Made by a program: the position numbers and the translations under genes
Source: an uncultured Gammaproteobacteria bacterium
GTDB lineage: Bacteria > Patescibacteriota > Microgenomatia > UBA10105 > UBA927
Direction of reading: 5' to 3'
DNA length: 64,000 bases
Assembly (NCBI GenBank): GCA_964621305.1
Contig: CAZUOM010000001.1
Coordinates: forward strand, 10,390-74,389
The notes under the pieces: generated by a model
Database searches by the model: none
Told to the model about the DNA's origin: nothing
What the model saw: the letters and a program-made list of their open reading frames with translations, nothing else
In this document: positions 28,568-40,078 of the stretch, in pieces
Layout: each line of letters opens with the position of its first letter
How positions within the stretch are numbered: position 1 is the first letter of the stretch

Positions 28568-30509
28568 CGGACTCGACGTTCTTGGCGCAATCACGAGCGG
28601 TTATCGCTTCATAATACAAAATATCCTTGACTAAGTCTTGATCTAGTGTTTTTGCTTGGCGAAAAGACATCATAGCCTCTGTACACTGATTCAAAAAAAG
28701 CGAAGCTAATCCGTGTGCTTTATATGCCATAGGCAGCGTACCGTCTCCACCAAGGGCAATTGCTTGCTCAAATTGACGTTTTGCTTGTTCGAGTAAACCT
28801 GCGCGGAGAACAACATTGCCGTACATAATCCGCGACTGCGCATAAAAGTCGCGAACGTCTGAAAGGATGAGGTGGTTATAACGACTCAATATACCTGACG
28901 ATGGGTTATGAAGCAACTCCCATATGCGATCGTTATCAGAAAGAAACGTTGCGATGTTTGGCAATTTCGCAGTAGGAACTGCCTGGTATGCCAAGCCGAA
29001 TGGCACCCAATGCCATCCGTCATCCAGTGGAAATGTAATGTTGGTAAATATCGCTCGACTGACACGGTTGGATCTAATGAACGCATCTGTATAGGACGTA
29101 CGCGGCTTTTGGGTGGGATAGATAAGGTCTGGGAAAATCTTGGGTAGACTTGTTTGAAAATCAACTGCCTCAAGCCTTGATGCATGAATAACATAGACAT
29201 CCGGACGGTAGCGGAGGCCATACCGCACATATAGGGTCGGAAAAAGAGGCGTATCACTGCGAAGAAGCAGGATGCTGCCGACGGGTAACGGATTTAATAT
29301 ATCCTTTCCCATGATTTGGGCGGTTTGATCAGCGGAAAATCCTATAAATTTTGGTATTGTTTGCAAAGCGAAAAAAAAAGGATACATATATATGATACAA
29401 ACTATCCCGCGCCTAAGTATCACGCGAAGCTTAGAAGATGAAACTAAAAATACCGACCACTCGACGATTTGGACTAACCCAAAACCAATAACAAGAGCAA
29501 AAAGTACATACGAAGGGAGTAAAAACCGTTCGTACGTGCCCAGCGTAAACCGATTAATAAGTGGGAAGCTCGCATAAAAATAAAATACCGGCCCGAGAAA
29601 TAGCAGACCTAGAAAAAAATACCAGAATAGCATCCTTTTTCTGGCTAATAGGTAGTAAAACCCAGCAAAAACGAGGGCAATCCCAAAAGCACCAAGGTCC
29701 ATGACGGAAAACTGCAGATACGCTTTAACCCCAAGGAGTCGCTCAGCTATGCCCGCACCGTAGTAGCTATTGGATAGAAATGTCCCGTAATCAGCCCTCG
29801 TCACCAAGCGTATTAAGCTGGGGACATCAACCGCCCGATCCCAATTGATGATGGAATTACCACCAGCTGCAAGAGGAACATAGAAATATGGTAGGAACCC
29901 AGCCAAAAACAAAACTACCAACCTCATACTAAATCTCTTTCTAAGAAATCCCCAGATAACGTAGCCGATTGCGGGAAATAAAAATAAAATCACATGATGA
30001 TGCGTAAGCGAAAGTCCAATCATAAAACTAAGAGCATAGGCATATCGACCGTTGCTGGTTAAAATCAAACGATAAATTAAGTACGTAATAATAATCACGA
30101 ATAGATCAAACAGCGCAAAAACCTCTTGTGTTATGCTGTAGAGGAAAAATAAATAGTTCGTTGCAAGGAGCCAAACAGCAAAAAACGCTGCGGCATATCG
30201 CCTACAAATTTGATGGACGAGAAAAAAAACAGCCCCAAGGGTCAGTGCATGAGGTAGTGATGATAATAAGCCTACTCGCCAAGCGGGAGTTCCTAGCGGT
30301 AGGTGACTGGCGAGCCAACCGAGGAATGTATAGAGCGGATACCCCGGCGGGTGAGGCACGCCAAACGTTACCGCCGCCGTCACGAGGTCACCGCTGTCTC
30401 CGCCATAAATCCCTTGAGCTTGAAAAAATAGATATACTGCAAAACTTACCAACGCCACACAGATGGCTATCACGAAGTTATTGGATGCAGTAGTAACAGT
30501 CACTGCCAC
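28497..30509 (-). CDS. DUF2723-type membrane glycosyltransferase-like protein with C-terminal TPR repeats
   Basis: N-terminus ...YGGDSGDLVTAAVTFGVPHPPGYPLYTFLGW is DUF2723/TMEM260-like (GT-C fold). C-terminal TPR-like helices. Start overlaps the upstream pilin gene by 32 nt. Confidence 0.55.
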   Translation of the reverse strand: MAVTVTTASNNFVIAICVALVSFAVYLFFQAQGIYGGDSGDLVTAAVTFGVPHPPGYPLYTFLGWLASHLPLGTPAWRVGLLSSLPHALTLGAVFFLVHQICRRYAAAFFAVWLLATNYLFFLYSITQEVFALFDLFVIIITYLIYRLILTSNGRYAYALSFMIGLSLTHHHVILFLFPAIGYVIWGFLRKRFSMRLVVLFLAGFLPYFYVPLAAGGNSIINWDRAVDVPSLIRLVTRADYGTFLSNSYYGAGIAERLLGVKAYLQFSVMDLGAFGIALVFAGFYYLLARKRMLFWYFFLGLLFLGPVFYFYASFPLINRFTLGTYERFLLPSYVLFALVIGFGLVQIVEWSVFLVSSSKLRVILRRGIVCIIYMYPFFFALQTIPKFIGFSADQTAQIMGKDILNPLPVGSILLLRSDTPLFPTLYVRYGLRYRPDVYVIHASRLEAVDFQTSLPKIFPDLIYPTQKPRTSYTDAFIRSNRVSRAIFTNITFPLDDGWHWVPFGLAYQAVPTAKLPNIATFLSDNDRIWELLHNPSSGILSRYNHLILSDVRDFYAQSRIMYGNVVLRAGLLEQAKRQFEQAIALGGDGTLPMAYKAHGLASLFLNQCTEAMMSFRQAKTLDQDLVKDILYYEAITARDCAKNVESANDLFLEYQREKKQQDIPLALPQ

Positions 30510-30987
30510 TAGTACCAGAGGTTTGGGACTTACATGTGTTAGTTGACGATTGACCGTCCGATGCGAAAATATTGACTGGATCTTCCTGGAAAGACTTTGA
30601 TTCCGGCCTAAAACAGACTGCCATATGTTCCGGTCCTGTCGAGGTTGTTAATATCTTTGCTAAATTGCTTGTTTGGGCCAATTCCATGAACCGATTTTTC
30701 AGCTCTCCGACGTTGATGAGTTCTGTAACATCCGATCCCATGCTGCTGACCGGCTTTCCGACAAATGCGCTCCCAGTTCCCCAAGGAAAAACTCCTTTTG
30801 TCGCGTAATAGCGAAGGTTCGCATTGTAAAATGCAGCCGTGGTGTTTCGGATAGAAGAATCTCTACCTTTTTTTAGCTGTTCAAACGGATCAACGGTAGC
30901 CAATAGCCCGATCGCAAGCGATCCTAAAAGCGCAATAACGATTAGCAGTTCAATGAGTGTAAAACCTTTAAGTTTCAAATTTCTCAT
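30478..30987 (-). CDS. Type IV pilin
   Basis: MRNLKLKGFTLIELLIVIALLG is a classic prepilin N-terminus. Confidence 0.7.
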   Translation of the reverse strand: MRNLKLKGFTLIELLIVIALLGSLAIGLLATVDPFEQLKKGRDSSIRNTTAAFYNANLRYYATKGVFPWGTGSAFVGKPVSSMGSDVTELINVGELKNRFMELAQTSNLAKILTTSTGPEHMAVCFRPESKSFQEDPVNIFASDGQSSTNTCKSQTSGTSGSDCYYCIQ

Positions 30988-31033
30988 TCTTTATCAGGTT
31001 TATCATCCATACAAACTCTTGTCAAGCCCCAAG

Positions 31034-32242
31034 TTATTTCAACTGAGTAGTAAGACTGTAAATTGGGGTGACGATGGAAATGACGATAAAACCAACGCCC
31101 AAGCCAAGAACGACCATAATGATTGGTTCAATGGCAGTCGTCAGTCCCCGCACCAAATGTTCTGATTCAGTTTGAAAATATTTTGAGAGCTTGAAAAGAG
31201 TGTCGTCTAGCTTTCCAGTTTCTTCACCGACCTTCATCATCTGCGGGACGATGGGGGGAAAAATAGGATGTTGTGCAAACGTTTCACCGAGTGAAAAACC
31301 TTTCTCTATCCGCTTACTAATGTCATCGATGGCCCGCCGAAATAACACGTTTCCTAATGAATCGCGAAGTATTGAAAGCCCATTAAGTATATGGATGCCA
31401 GATCCGATGAGCATGGCGAGAGTCCTCGTAAACTCAACGAGAATAATTTTTTTCTGTAAGTCTCCCATAATCGGTATCCGCAACTTAACCGAGTCAACAA
31501 TAAATTCTCCCACCGTTGTCTTACTCCATTTTTTAAATACGGCAGCGCCAACTACAATAAAAACAAGAGCCAACCACCAATAGAGTACAAATAAGTTTGA
31601 AATATTGATAAGGAGTTGCGTTGTCAGAGGGAGGGCAATACCAAAATCTTTATAAAGCTCTGTAAGCTTGGGTATTACGACTGTCATCATAACAAAAACG
31701 ACCACAATCATGCCAACAATGACGATCGCTGGGTAAATAAGCGCGCCTTTTACTTTGCTTGCAAATTCACGTTCTGTTTCAAGCGTTTCAGCTAATCTAA
31801 GCAAGACTTGATCCAAGGTGCCAGATGTTTCTCCAGCCTTTACCAACGATCGGTAAACAGTCGAAAAAATGGTCGGGTGTTTGCTGAGAGAGGCAGCGAG
31901 GTTTCCTCCGCTTAAGATCTGGTTTTCTACATCAGTGAGCGCCTTGGTTAACACTGGATTGGTCGCCTGCGTTCGCAGGATAGTGAGCGCATCAGGCAAA
32001 GAAAGTCCTGCAACCACCATCGTAGCTAATTGACGTGTAAAATTCGTTATATCGCTAGCACTTACTTTCCGAAAACGTAAAAATAAAAGACTCAGTACTC
32101 CAAGGGTTCTTTCTTTTATATCAATAATGAAGTATTGCCGATTACGCAAGACCTTCACTGCTAGAGGCAGCGTTGGTGCCTCAACGGTCCCGGTTACCGG
32201 TTTTTGATCAGCATCAGAAGCGTGGTAGCTAAAAAGAGGCAT
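31034..32242 (-). CDS. pilC: Type IV pilus inner-membrane platform protein PilC (GspF family)
   Basis: Two GspF repeats and three TM segments. ORF extends to 32329, but the likely start is at MPLFSY. Confidence 0.8.
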   Translation of the reverse strand: MPLFSYHASDADQKPVTGTVEAPTLPLAVKVLRNRQYFIIDIKERTLGVLSLLFLRFRKVSASDITNFTRQLATMVVAGLSLPDALTILRTQATNPVLTKALTDVENQILSGGNLAASLSKHPTIFSTVYRSLVKAGETSGTLDQVLLRLAETLETEREFASKVKGALIYPAIVIVGMIVVVFVMMTVVIPKLTELYKDFGIALPLTTQLLINISNLFVLYWWLALVFIVVGAAVFKKWSKTTVGEFIVDSVKLRIPIMGDLQKKIILVEFTRTLAMLIGSGIHILNGLSILRDSLGNVLFRRAIDDISKRIEKGFSLGETFAQHPIFPPIVPQMMKVGEETGKLDDTLFKLSKYFQTESEHLVRGLTTAIEPIIMVVLGLGVGFIVISIVTPIYSLTTQLK

Positions 32243-32244
32243 GT

Positions 32245-33294
32245 TTATTCCAAGAGCCTCATAAGCTCTTCGGGCCGTATCGCAAATGATTTTGCCACCT
32301 CTATCGTAATTTTTCCTGCTTTGATGCAACCAGCAAGGGCCGTTTCCAACGTCTGCATTCCGAGTTCTGCTGAAGTCTGGATGATGTTATCGATTAGGTG
32401 CGTTTTGCCCTCACGTATTGTTGTTCTGACTGCTGAAGAAGCGGTCAAAACTTCAGCAACTGCCAACCGACCGCCACTAGTCGCGGGAACCAATCGTTGA
32501 GAAAATATTCCCTCCAAAACAGACGAAAGTTGAAGTCGTATCTGGGGTTGCTGGTTTTCCGGAAACACGTCAACGATACGATCTATAGTTTGAGCTGCAG
32601 AGTTAGTATGAAGGGTAGCAAATACTAAGTGGCCCGTCTCGGCAACCGTAATGGCCGCAGCAATGGTCTCAAAATCTCGCATCTCGCCAACGAGCACAAC
32701 ATCCGGATCTTCCCTGAGCACAGAGCGAAGGGCCACGTTCCATGAGTAGGTATCTCCGTGCATCTCACGCTGGGATATGATTGAGAGTCCCTTGGGATAA
32801 ATATACTCTATGGGATCCTCAATGGTCACGATATGAAGCGCTGTTGTTTCATTGATCGTGTTAATCATGGAGGCAAGTGTCGTCGACTTTCCGTGGCCAG
32901 TTGGACCAGTAACCAGAACCAGGCCTTGACGCAATTTTACAAACTCGTGACAAATGGATGGCAATCCAAGTCCATCAATGGTTTTTATGACAGCTGGAAC
33001 TAGTCGAAAAGTAGCCGCCATTGTACCTTTTTGGTAGTACACGTTTGCACGGAATCGACCGGAGGCAGATGCAATAGAATAGTCGATCTCTCGGTTCGTT
33101 GCATAAAGCTCTTTTTGTTCGTCGTTAAGCGTTGACAGAATAAGTCTTTCCGTATCGGCAGATACGAGCGGCTGGATACTCGCGATCGGACTAAGCTTAC
33201 CATGAACCCGAAGCATAGGCGGAAAACCAACCAGCAAATGAAGGTCAGATGCCTCAAGTCGAGATGCCTCAGAAAATAATTGTTGAATATCCAT
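32245..33294 (-). CDS. pilT: Twitching motility ATPase PilT
   Basis: ASDLHL, Walker A GPTGHGKSTT, Asp box and His box. Confidence 0.85.
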   Translation of the reverse strand: MDIQQLFSEASRLEASDLHLLVGFPPMLRVHGKLSPIASIQPLVSADTERLILSTLNDEQKELYATNREIDYSIASASGRFRANVYYQKGTMAATFRLVPAVIKTIDGLGLPSICHEFVKLRQGLVLVTGPTGHGKSTTLASMINTINETTALHIVTIEDPIEYIYPKGLSIISQREMHGDTYSWNVALRSVLREDPDVVLVGEMRDFETIAAAITVAETGHLVFATLHTNSAAQTIDRIVDVFPENQQPQIRLQLSSVLEGIFSQRLVPATSGGRLAVAEVLTASSAVRTTIREGKTHLIDNIIQTSAELGMQTLETALAGCIKAGKITIEVAKSFAIRPEELMRLLE

Positions 33295-33298
33295 ATTG

Positions 33299-35053
33299 TT
33301 AATCCTGAGCTACTCGTAGTACTTCTTCAAGAGTCGTGATGCCTTCTAAGGCCTTTAGGTAACCATCCTGTTTCATGGTAATCATGTTTTCGACAACTGC
33401 TTGCCTTTCTATGTCACTCATTGGTGCGCGGGACAACACAAGCTTGGCTATGGCATCCGACACTGGAAATAATTCAAATACGCCAATTCGTCCCAAATAC
33501 ATGCTCCCTCCGCAGGTCTGGCAGGGGAGGTTGTTGACAGACCCATGACCTCGATATAACCGAAGGGGTTCCTCCGGTAAAAATGGACCCAACACACTTT
33601 TTATATCTTCTCTGACAGACTCCTCTGGTTCGTATTCTTCTTTACACGCGGGACAGATTCTCCTAACAATTCGCTGAGCCATGACGGCATTCAGTGCTGA
33701 TGCTACCAAAAAAGGCTCCGCACCGAGATCGAGGAGTCTTGGCACTGCTCCGGCGGCATTGTTTGTATGCAAGGTAGAAAATACCAAATGTCCGGTAAGC
33801 GCAGCCTGAATAGCTAGGTCCGTGGTTTCATTATCGCGGATCTCACCAACCAAAATTACGTTAGGGTCCTGACGTAAAAAAGCGCGCAGACCATTGGCGA
33901 ATGTTAATCCTGCCTGAGGATTGACCTGTACTTGATTGATACCGGCGATCTCATACTCAATTGGGTCCTCTAATGTCACGATGTTGACGCGCGTATTATT
34001 GAGCCGAGAAAGAACCGCATAAAGGGTCGTGGTTTTCCCAGACCCGGTTGGTCCGGTAACAAGAATGATGCCATGAGGTCGCAGAATGCTTGCTTCTAAG
34101 TTTTTAACCGCAAGTCCTCGAAGCCCTAATTCTGGCAACGGTGGTACGCCGCCGGATTTTTTAAGAAGCCGCATAACAATCTTTTCCCCATGTGAAGTGG
34201 GAAGAGTCGAAACACGAAGATCCACCTCGGTATCACCCATTTTAAAATTAAATCTTCCATCCTGAGGTATCCGCTTCTCGTCGATTTTCATATCTGAAAG
34301 GATTTTTGTACGTGAAATAACCGCCTCGTGCAGTGAATGCGGAAGCGACAAACGTTCTTGCAATATTCCGTCTATACGGTACCGTACTCGCGTGTCACCA
34401 TCCATCGGCTCGATGTGTATATCAGAAGCCCGTAACCTGATCGCCTGCTCAAGGAGTGCGGAAACGATTTGGGCAATGGGAGCTTCTCGAATAACTTCGC
34501 CTAGCTTTCCTGCTTCATAGGTTTTTATAGCAGACGGAGTTGTTTCTTGAAGCGCTGCCTTAACATCTTCTCCTAAATTCTGTGTATAGAGATCCTCAAT
34601 CTTTGCCATGATATCATCGCCCATAGCCATATACGGAACAACGTGTAAGCCAGATTTTTTCTCTAGAAACTCAATCACCTGATAATCCAATGGATCTGAC
34701 ATGGCAACAGAGAGTTCTTTTGTTTTTTCGTCCATCTTAAAAGGGACTAGACCATACCGTCTCGCAACTGGCTCGGGGACAATGTTGACGAAATTCGGAG
34801 TAACTGCTAAAGACGAAAGCTTAACAAAGGGAATATTGAGCAATGTTGCTCGTACTTTTACGAGATCCTCTTCTTTTGCGAACCGTTTTCTGAGTAGCAA
34901 TTTTTCAATCGGCTCACCAGTGCTAAGCACTTCTGTCGCAATTGCTGCTGCATCCGTTCTGCTGATGCGACCGGAGGACACAAATGCATCAAGGAAATCT
35001 TGGGCAGTTGCCGTCATACAAGCATTATCATCCACGCCTCGGGTATAATGCAA
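33299..35053 (-). CDS. pilB: Type IV pilus assembly ATPase PilB (GspE family)
   Basis: N-terminal GSPII domain. Walker A GPTGSGKTTTL. Tetracysteine motif CPACK...CQTCGG. Confidence 0.85.
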   Translation of the reverse strand: MHYTRGVDDNACMTATAQDFLDAFVSSGRISRTDAAAIATEVLSTGEPIEKLLLRKRFAKEEDLVKVRATLLNIPFVKLSSLAVTPNFVNIVPEPVARRYGLVPFKMDEKTKELSVAMSDPLDYQVIEFLEKKSGLHVVPYMAMGDDIMAKIEDLYTQNLGEDVKAALQETTPSAIKTYEAGKLGEVIREAPIAQIVSALLEQAIRLRASDIHIEPMDGDTRVRYRIDGILQERLSLPHSLHEAVISRTKILSDMKIDEKRIPQDGRFNFKMGDTEVDLRVSTLPTSHGEKIVMRLLKKSGGVPPLPELGLRGLAVKNLEASILRPHGIILVTGPTGSGKTTTLYAVLSRLNNTRVNIVTLEDPIEYEIAGINQVQVNPQAGLTFANGLRAFLRQDPNVILVGEIRDNETTDLAIQAALTGHLVFSTLHTNNAAGAVPRLLDLGAEPFLVASALNAVMAQRIVRRICPACKEEYEPEESVREDIKSVLGPFLPEEPLRLYRGHGSVNNLPCQTCGGSMYLGRIGVFELFPVSDAIAKLVLSRAPMSDIERQAVVENMITMKQDGYLKALEGITTLEEVLRVAQD

Positions 35054-35058
35054 GTACG

Positions 35059-35754
35059 ATGTATAGTTTTCTTATCACTGGTGGAACTATTGAAAAAAGA
35101 AACGAGTGGATAGTTGGTAAGCTTAAAGACTGGGGCGTAGGAAAATTCGACGTTACCCAGGTTGCCCCCGAGGAAACCAGCATAGGTATTGACGTTGTCC
35201 GGGAGCTCCGGAAAACGCTACTCCTTAAACCGATCGGTTCTCCATTTTCCGTCGGAATTATTCGTCAAGCAGAATCGTTAACCATCGAGGCCCAAAATGC
35301 GTTGCTAAAAACACTTGAAGAGCCTCCCCCGCGGGCAAGGGTCGTTCTTGAATCCCAAACCGCCGATGTATTCTTGCCCACAATTATTTCCCGCTGTCAT
35401 CTGGTCCGTGTCGAACCCAGTGAAGAATTATCGAAAGAGAAATTGTTGCAATGTTTTAAAACAATAGAACAAATCCTTGTCTCTCCCGTTGGACAACGCA
35501 TGAAGCTTTTGGATGAGGTCGCCACAAACCGCGATGAGGCCGCCGCATGGGTCGACCTTGCCCTAACCGCAACACGCGCCGGCCTACTAGCAAAACCTGG
35601 CTCTTCTCCTAAGCTACTAAGCTGCGAAGCTACTAAGTTTCTTCGTTCCCTTCTTCTTGCTCGTCAGGAGCTAACCGCCAACGTCAACTATAAGCTCGTT
35701 CTAGACAACATTTTCCTTCCAAAATCTCTGGACAAGGGCATGACAATAGGGTAA
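35059..35754 (+). CDS. holB: DNA polymerase III delta' subunit-like (short)
   Basis: AAA+ clamp-loader signatures: AQNALLKTLEEPP, and ISRC sensor region. TATAAT lies immediately upstream. Confidence 0.65.
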   Translation: MYSFLITGGTIEKRNEWIVGKLKDWGVGKFDVTQVAPEETSIGIDVVRELRKTLLLKPIGSPFSVGIIRQAESLTIEAQNALLKTLEEPPPRARVVLESQTADVFLPTIISRCHLVRVEPSEELSKEKLLQCFKTIEQILVSPVGQRMKLLDEVATNRDEAAAWVDLALTATRAGLLAKPGSSPKLLSCEATKFLRSLLLARQELTANVNYKLVLDNIFLPKSLDKGMTIG

Positions 35755-37698
<1,944 letters not shown>

Positions 37699-37805
37699 TT
37701 ATTTGGCGAGCGAAGTCCGCCCAAAATCGCTCCACGAGCCGCGCTACGAATAGTAGGTAAGGCGAGTGGTAAGATTGGGAGGACAAAATTGGCTACCTTA
37801 GATGT

Positions 37806-38015
37806 ATGAAGAGCCGATTCACAACTCCAATAACGTTTTTAACGAAACCAAGGAAGATGGCTCTGTTTATGGTTTTACTTGGTTTACTACTGATGCAACC
37901 ATTTCCCTATCGAGACCAAACACTATCTGGTAATTTATTAGGGTTTGCAGGTTTAATTCTCACGATTGTTGGAGTATTGACAATTATGATTTCCGTACTA
38001 GTCAAGGGAGCATAA
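37806..38015 (+). CDS. Small membrane protein (69 aa, 2 TM), hypothetical
   Basis: Hydrophobic ORF. Its ATG lies inside a duplicated copy of the gyrB 3' end. Confidence 0.3.
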   Translation: MKSRFTTPITFLTKPRKMALFMVLLGLLLMQPFPYRDQTLSGNLLGFAGLILTIVGVLTIMISVLVKGA

Positions 38016-38058
38016 TCCATCTAGACGTTTAGCACTTATAAACGTTATAATTGTTGTT

Positions 38059-40068
38059 ATGAACTTATACTTACAACTTTCTCTTCTCGGTGGGGTAGCT
38101 GCCGTCGTCTACGGACTATATCTTGCTTACAAAATCATCCATCTCCCCAAGGGCACCCCTGACATGAACAAAATCTCCGACGCCATAGCAGAAGGCGCGC
38201 AGGCGTTTCTCAAGAGGCAGTACATGACGATCGGCGTGTTAGCAATCCTCATCGCCGCTGGACTATATTTTGGACTCGGACAAATGTCAGCGATCGGCTT
38301 TCTCGTGGGGGCAGTCTGTTCTGCTGTTGCCGGCTTTATCGGCATGAATGTCGCGGTTCGGGCAAACATCCGGACTGCTCAGGCGGCTAAATCCGGACTC
38401 AAAGAAGCCCTTTCCGCTGCATTTTCCGGCGGAGCAGTCACGGGGCTCATGGTTGCCGGCCTGGCGCTTCTTGCCGTAACCGGCACTTACTTTTTTGTCA
38501 GCCAGGCAGGAGTGCTCGACATCAAGCCGCTCATCGCCCTCGGTTTCGGTGGTTCGCTTATCTCAGTTTTTGCCAGGCTCGGCGGCGGCATCTACACCAA
38601 AGGAGCGGACGTGGGAACGGATATGGTGGGCAAAATTGAAAAAGGAATTCCAGAGGATGACCCCAGAAACCCCGGAGTGATCGCGGACTTGGTGGGCGAT
38701 AACGTCGGCGATGACGCAGGCATGGCTGCGGATCTATTTGAAACCTATATCGTAACGGCCGTAGCCACAATTTTACTGGGACAACTTACACTTCCCGACT
38801 CAAGTAATGCTCTTATCTATCCGTTGGTTTTGGGTGCAGCTGGCGTTGTAGCAAGCATCGTCGGAACGTTTTTTGTGCGCTTGGGAAAAGGCAAGGGCAT
38901 TATGGCAGCGCTTTACAAAGGTTTGATTGCCGCCTCGATTGTTTCGGCAGGCCTTTTTTACGTAGTTACTAAAGCGCTCATCGCTGACGCACCTGATCTG
39001 ACAACGCTCAATGTTTACCTATCAACGTTGGTCGGCCTTGCCGTAACAATCGGTATGGTAGTGATCACCGAATACTATACGTCCAAAAAATATGAATCTG
39101 TGCAGACGATTGCCCAGGCGGCCAATACCGGCCACGGCACCAATATCATCGCGGGACTGGCTGTTTCGATGAAGTCGACGTTTGCGCCGGTACTCCTCAT
39201 TGTTGCGGCCACCTTTATCGCGTATCTTTTGGCTGGCCTCTACGGCATTGCTGTTGCCACCATGGCAATGCTGGCCCTGGCTGGAATTGTGATAGCCATA
39301 GACGCCTTCGGCCCCATCACCGATAACGCCGGAGGAATTGCAGAGATGACCAACCAGCCCCAAAAAGTCCGCGACGTCACAGATAGCCTTGATGCCGTGG
39401 GCAATACCACCAAGGCAGTCACTAAAGGATACGCCATCGCCTCAGCCGGTTTGGCAGCTCTCGTCCTATTCGCTAGCTATACACAAGAACTAGGTACAAG
39501 CGGCGCATTTGTGAGTTTTAATCTCGATGACCCGTATGTCATCATGGGTCTTCTCATTGGTGCAGCAATGCCTTACATGTTCGGGGCTATGGCAATGGAA
39601 GCAGTCGGCCGCGCCGCACAAGCAGTGGTGATCGAGGTCCGTCGCCAGTTTAAGACAATTAAAGGAATTATGACCGGAAAAGCCACGCCGGAATATGGAA
39701 AAGCCGTAGATATAGTCACCCGCGCCGCGCTGCGCGAAATGATGGCACCCGCTCTGACTCCTGTCGTTGGCCCAATAGCTGTCGGATTTGCCCTGGGCCC
39801 GGCAGCCCTCGGCGGATTTTTAGTCGGCACCATCGTCACCGGGCTCTTCGTGGCAATTTCCATGACCACCGGAGGAGCCGCGTGGGACAACGCTAAAAAG
39901 TATATTGAAGAGGGGCACTTTGGAGGGAAAGGATCGACGGCGCACGCCTGCGCCGTCACCGGCGACACGGTAGGAGACCCGTACAAAGACACCGCCGGCC
40001 CAGCCATTAACCCCATGATTAAAGTCGCCAACATCGTCGCCCTCCTCATCGCAGGCTTCTTGCGATAA
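38059..40068 (+). CDS. hppA: Membrane-bound H+/Na+-translocating pyrophosphatase
   Basis: [18 protein letters not shown] and [17 protein letters not shown] signatures. About 16 TM helices. Confidence 0.9.
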   Translation: MNLYLQLSLLGGVAAVVYGLYLAYKIIHLPKGTPDMNKISDAIAEGAQAFLKRQYMTIGVLAILIAAGLYFGLGQMSAIGFLVGAVCSAVAGFIGMNVAVRANIRTAQAAKSGLKEALSAAFSGGAVTGLMVAGLALLAVTGTYFFVSQAGVLDIKPLIALGFGGSLISVFARLGGGIYTKGADVGTDMVGKIEKGIPEDDPRNPGVIADLVGDNVGDDAGMAADLFETYIVTAVATILLGQLTLPDSSNALIYPLVLGAAGVVASIVGTFFVRLGKGKGIMAALYKGLIAASIVSAGLFYVVTKALIADAPDLTTLNVYLSTLVGLAVTIGMVVITEYYTSKKYESVQTIAQAANTGHGTNIIAGLAVSMKSTFAPVLLIVAATFIAYLLAGLYGIAVATMAMLALAGIVIAIDAFGPITDNAGGIAEMTNQPQKVRDVTDSLDAVGNTTKAVTKGYAIASAGLAALVLFASYTQELGTSGAFVSFNLDDPYVIMGLLIGAAMPYMFGAMAMEAVGRAAQAVVIEVRRQFKTIKGIMTGKATPEYGKAVDIVTRAALREMMAPALTPVVGPIAVGFALGPAALGGFLVGTIVTGLFVAISMTTGGAAWDNAKKYIEEGHFGGKGSTAHACAVTGDTVGDPYKDTAGPAINPMIKVANIVALLIAGFLR

Positions 40069-40078
40069 AGCAATCGGA

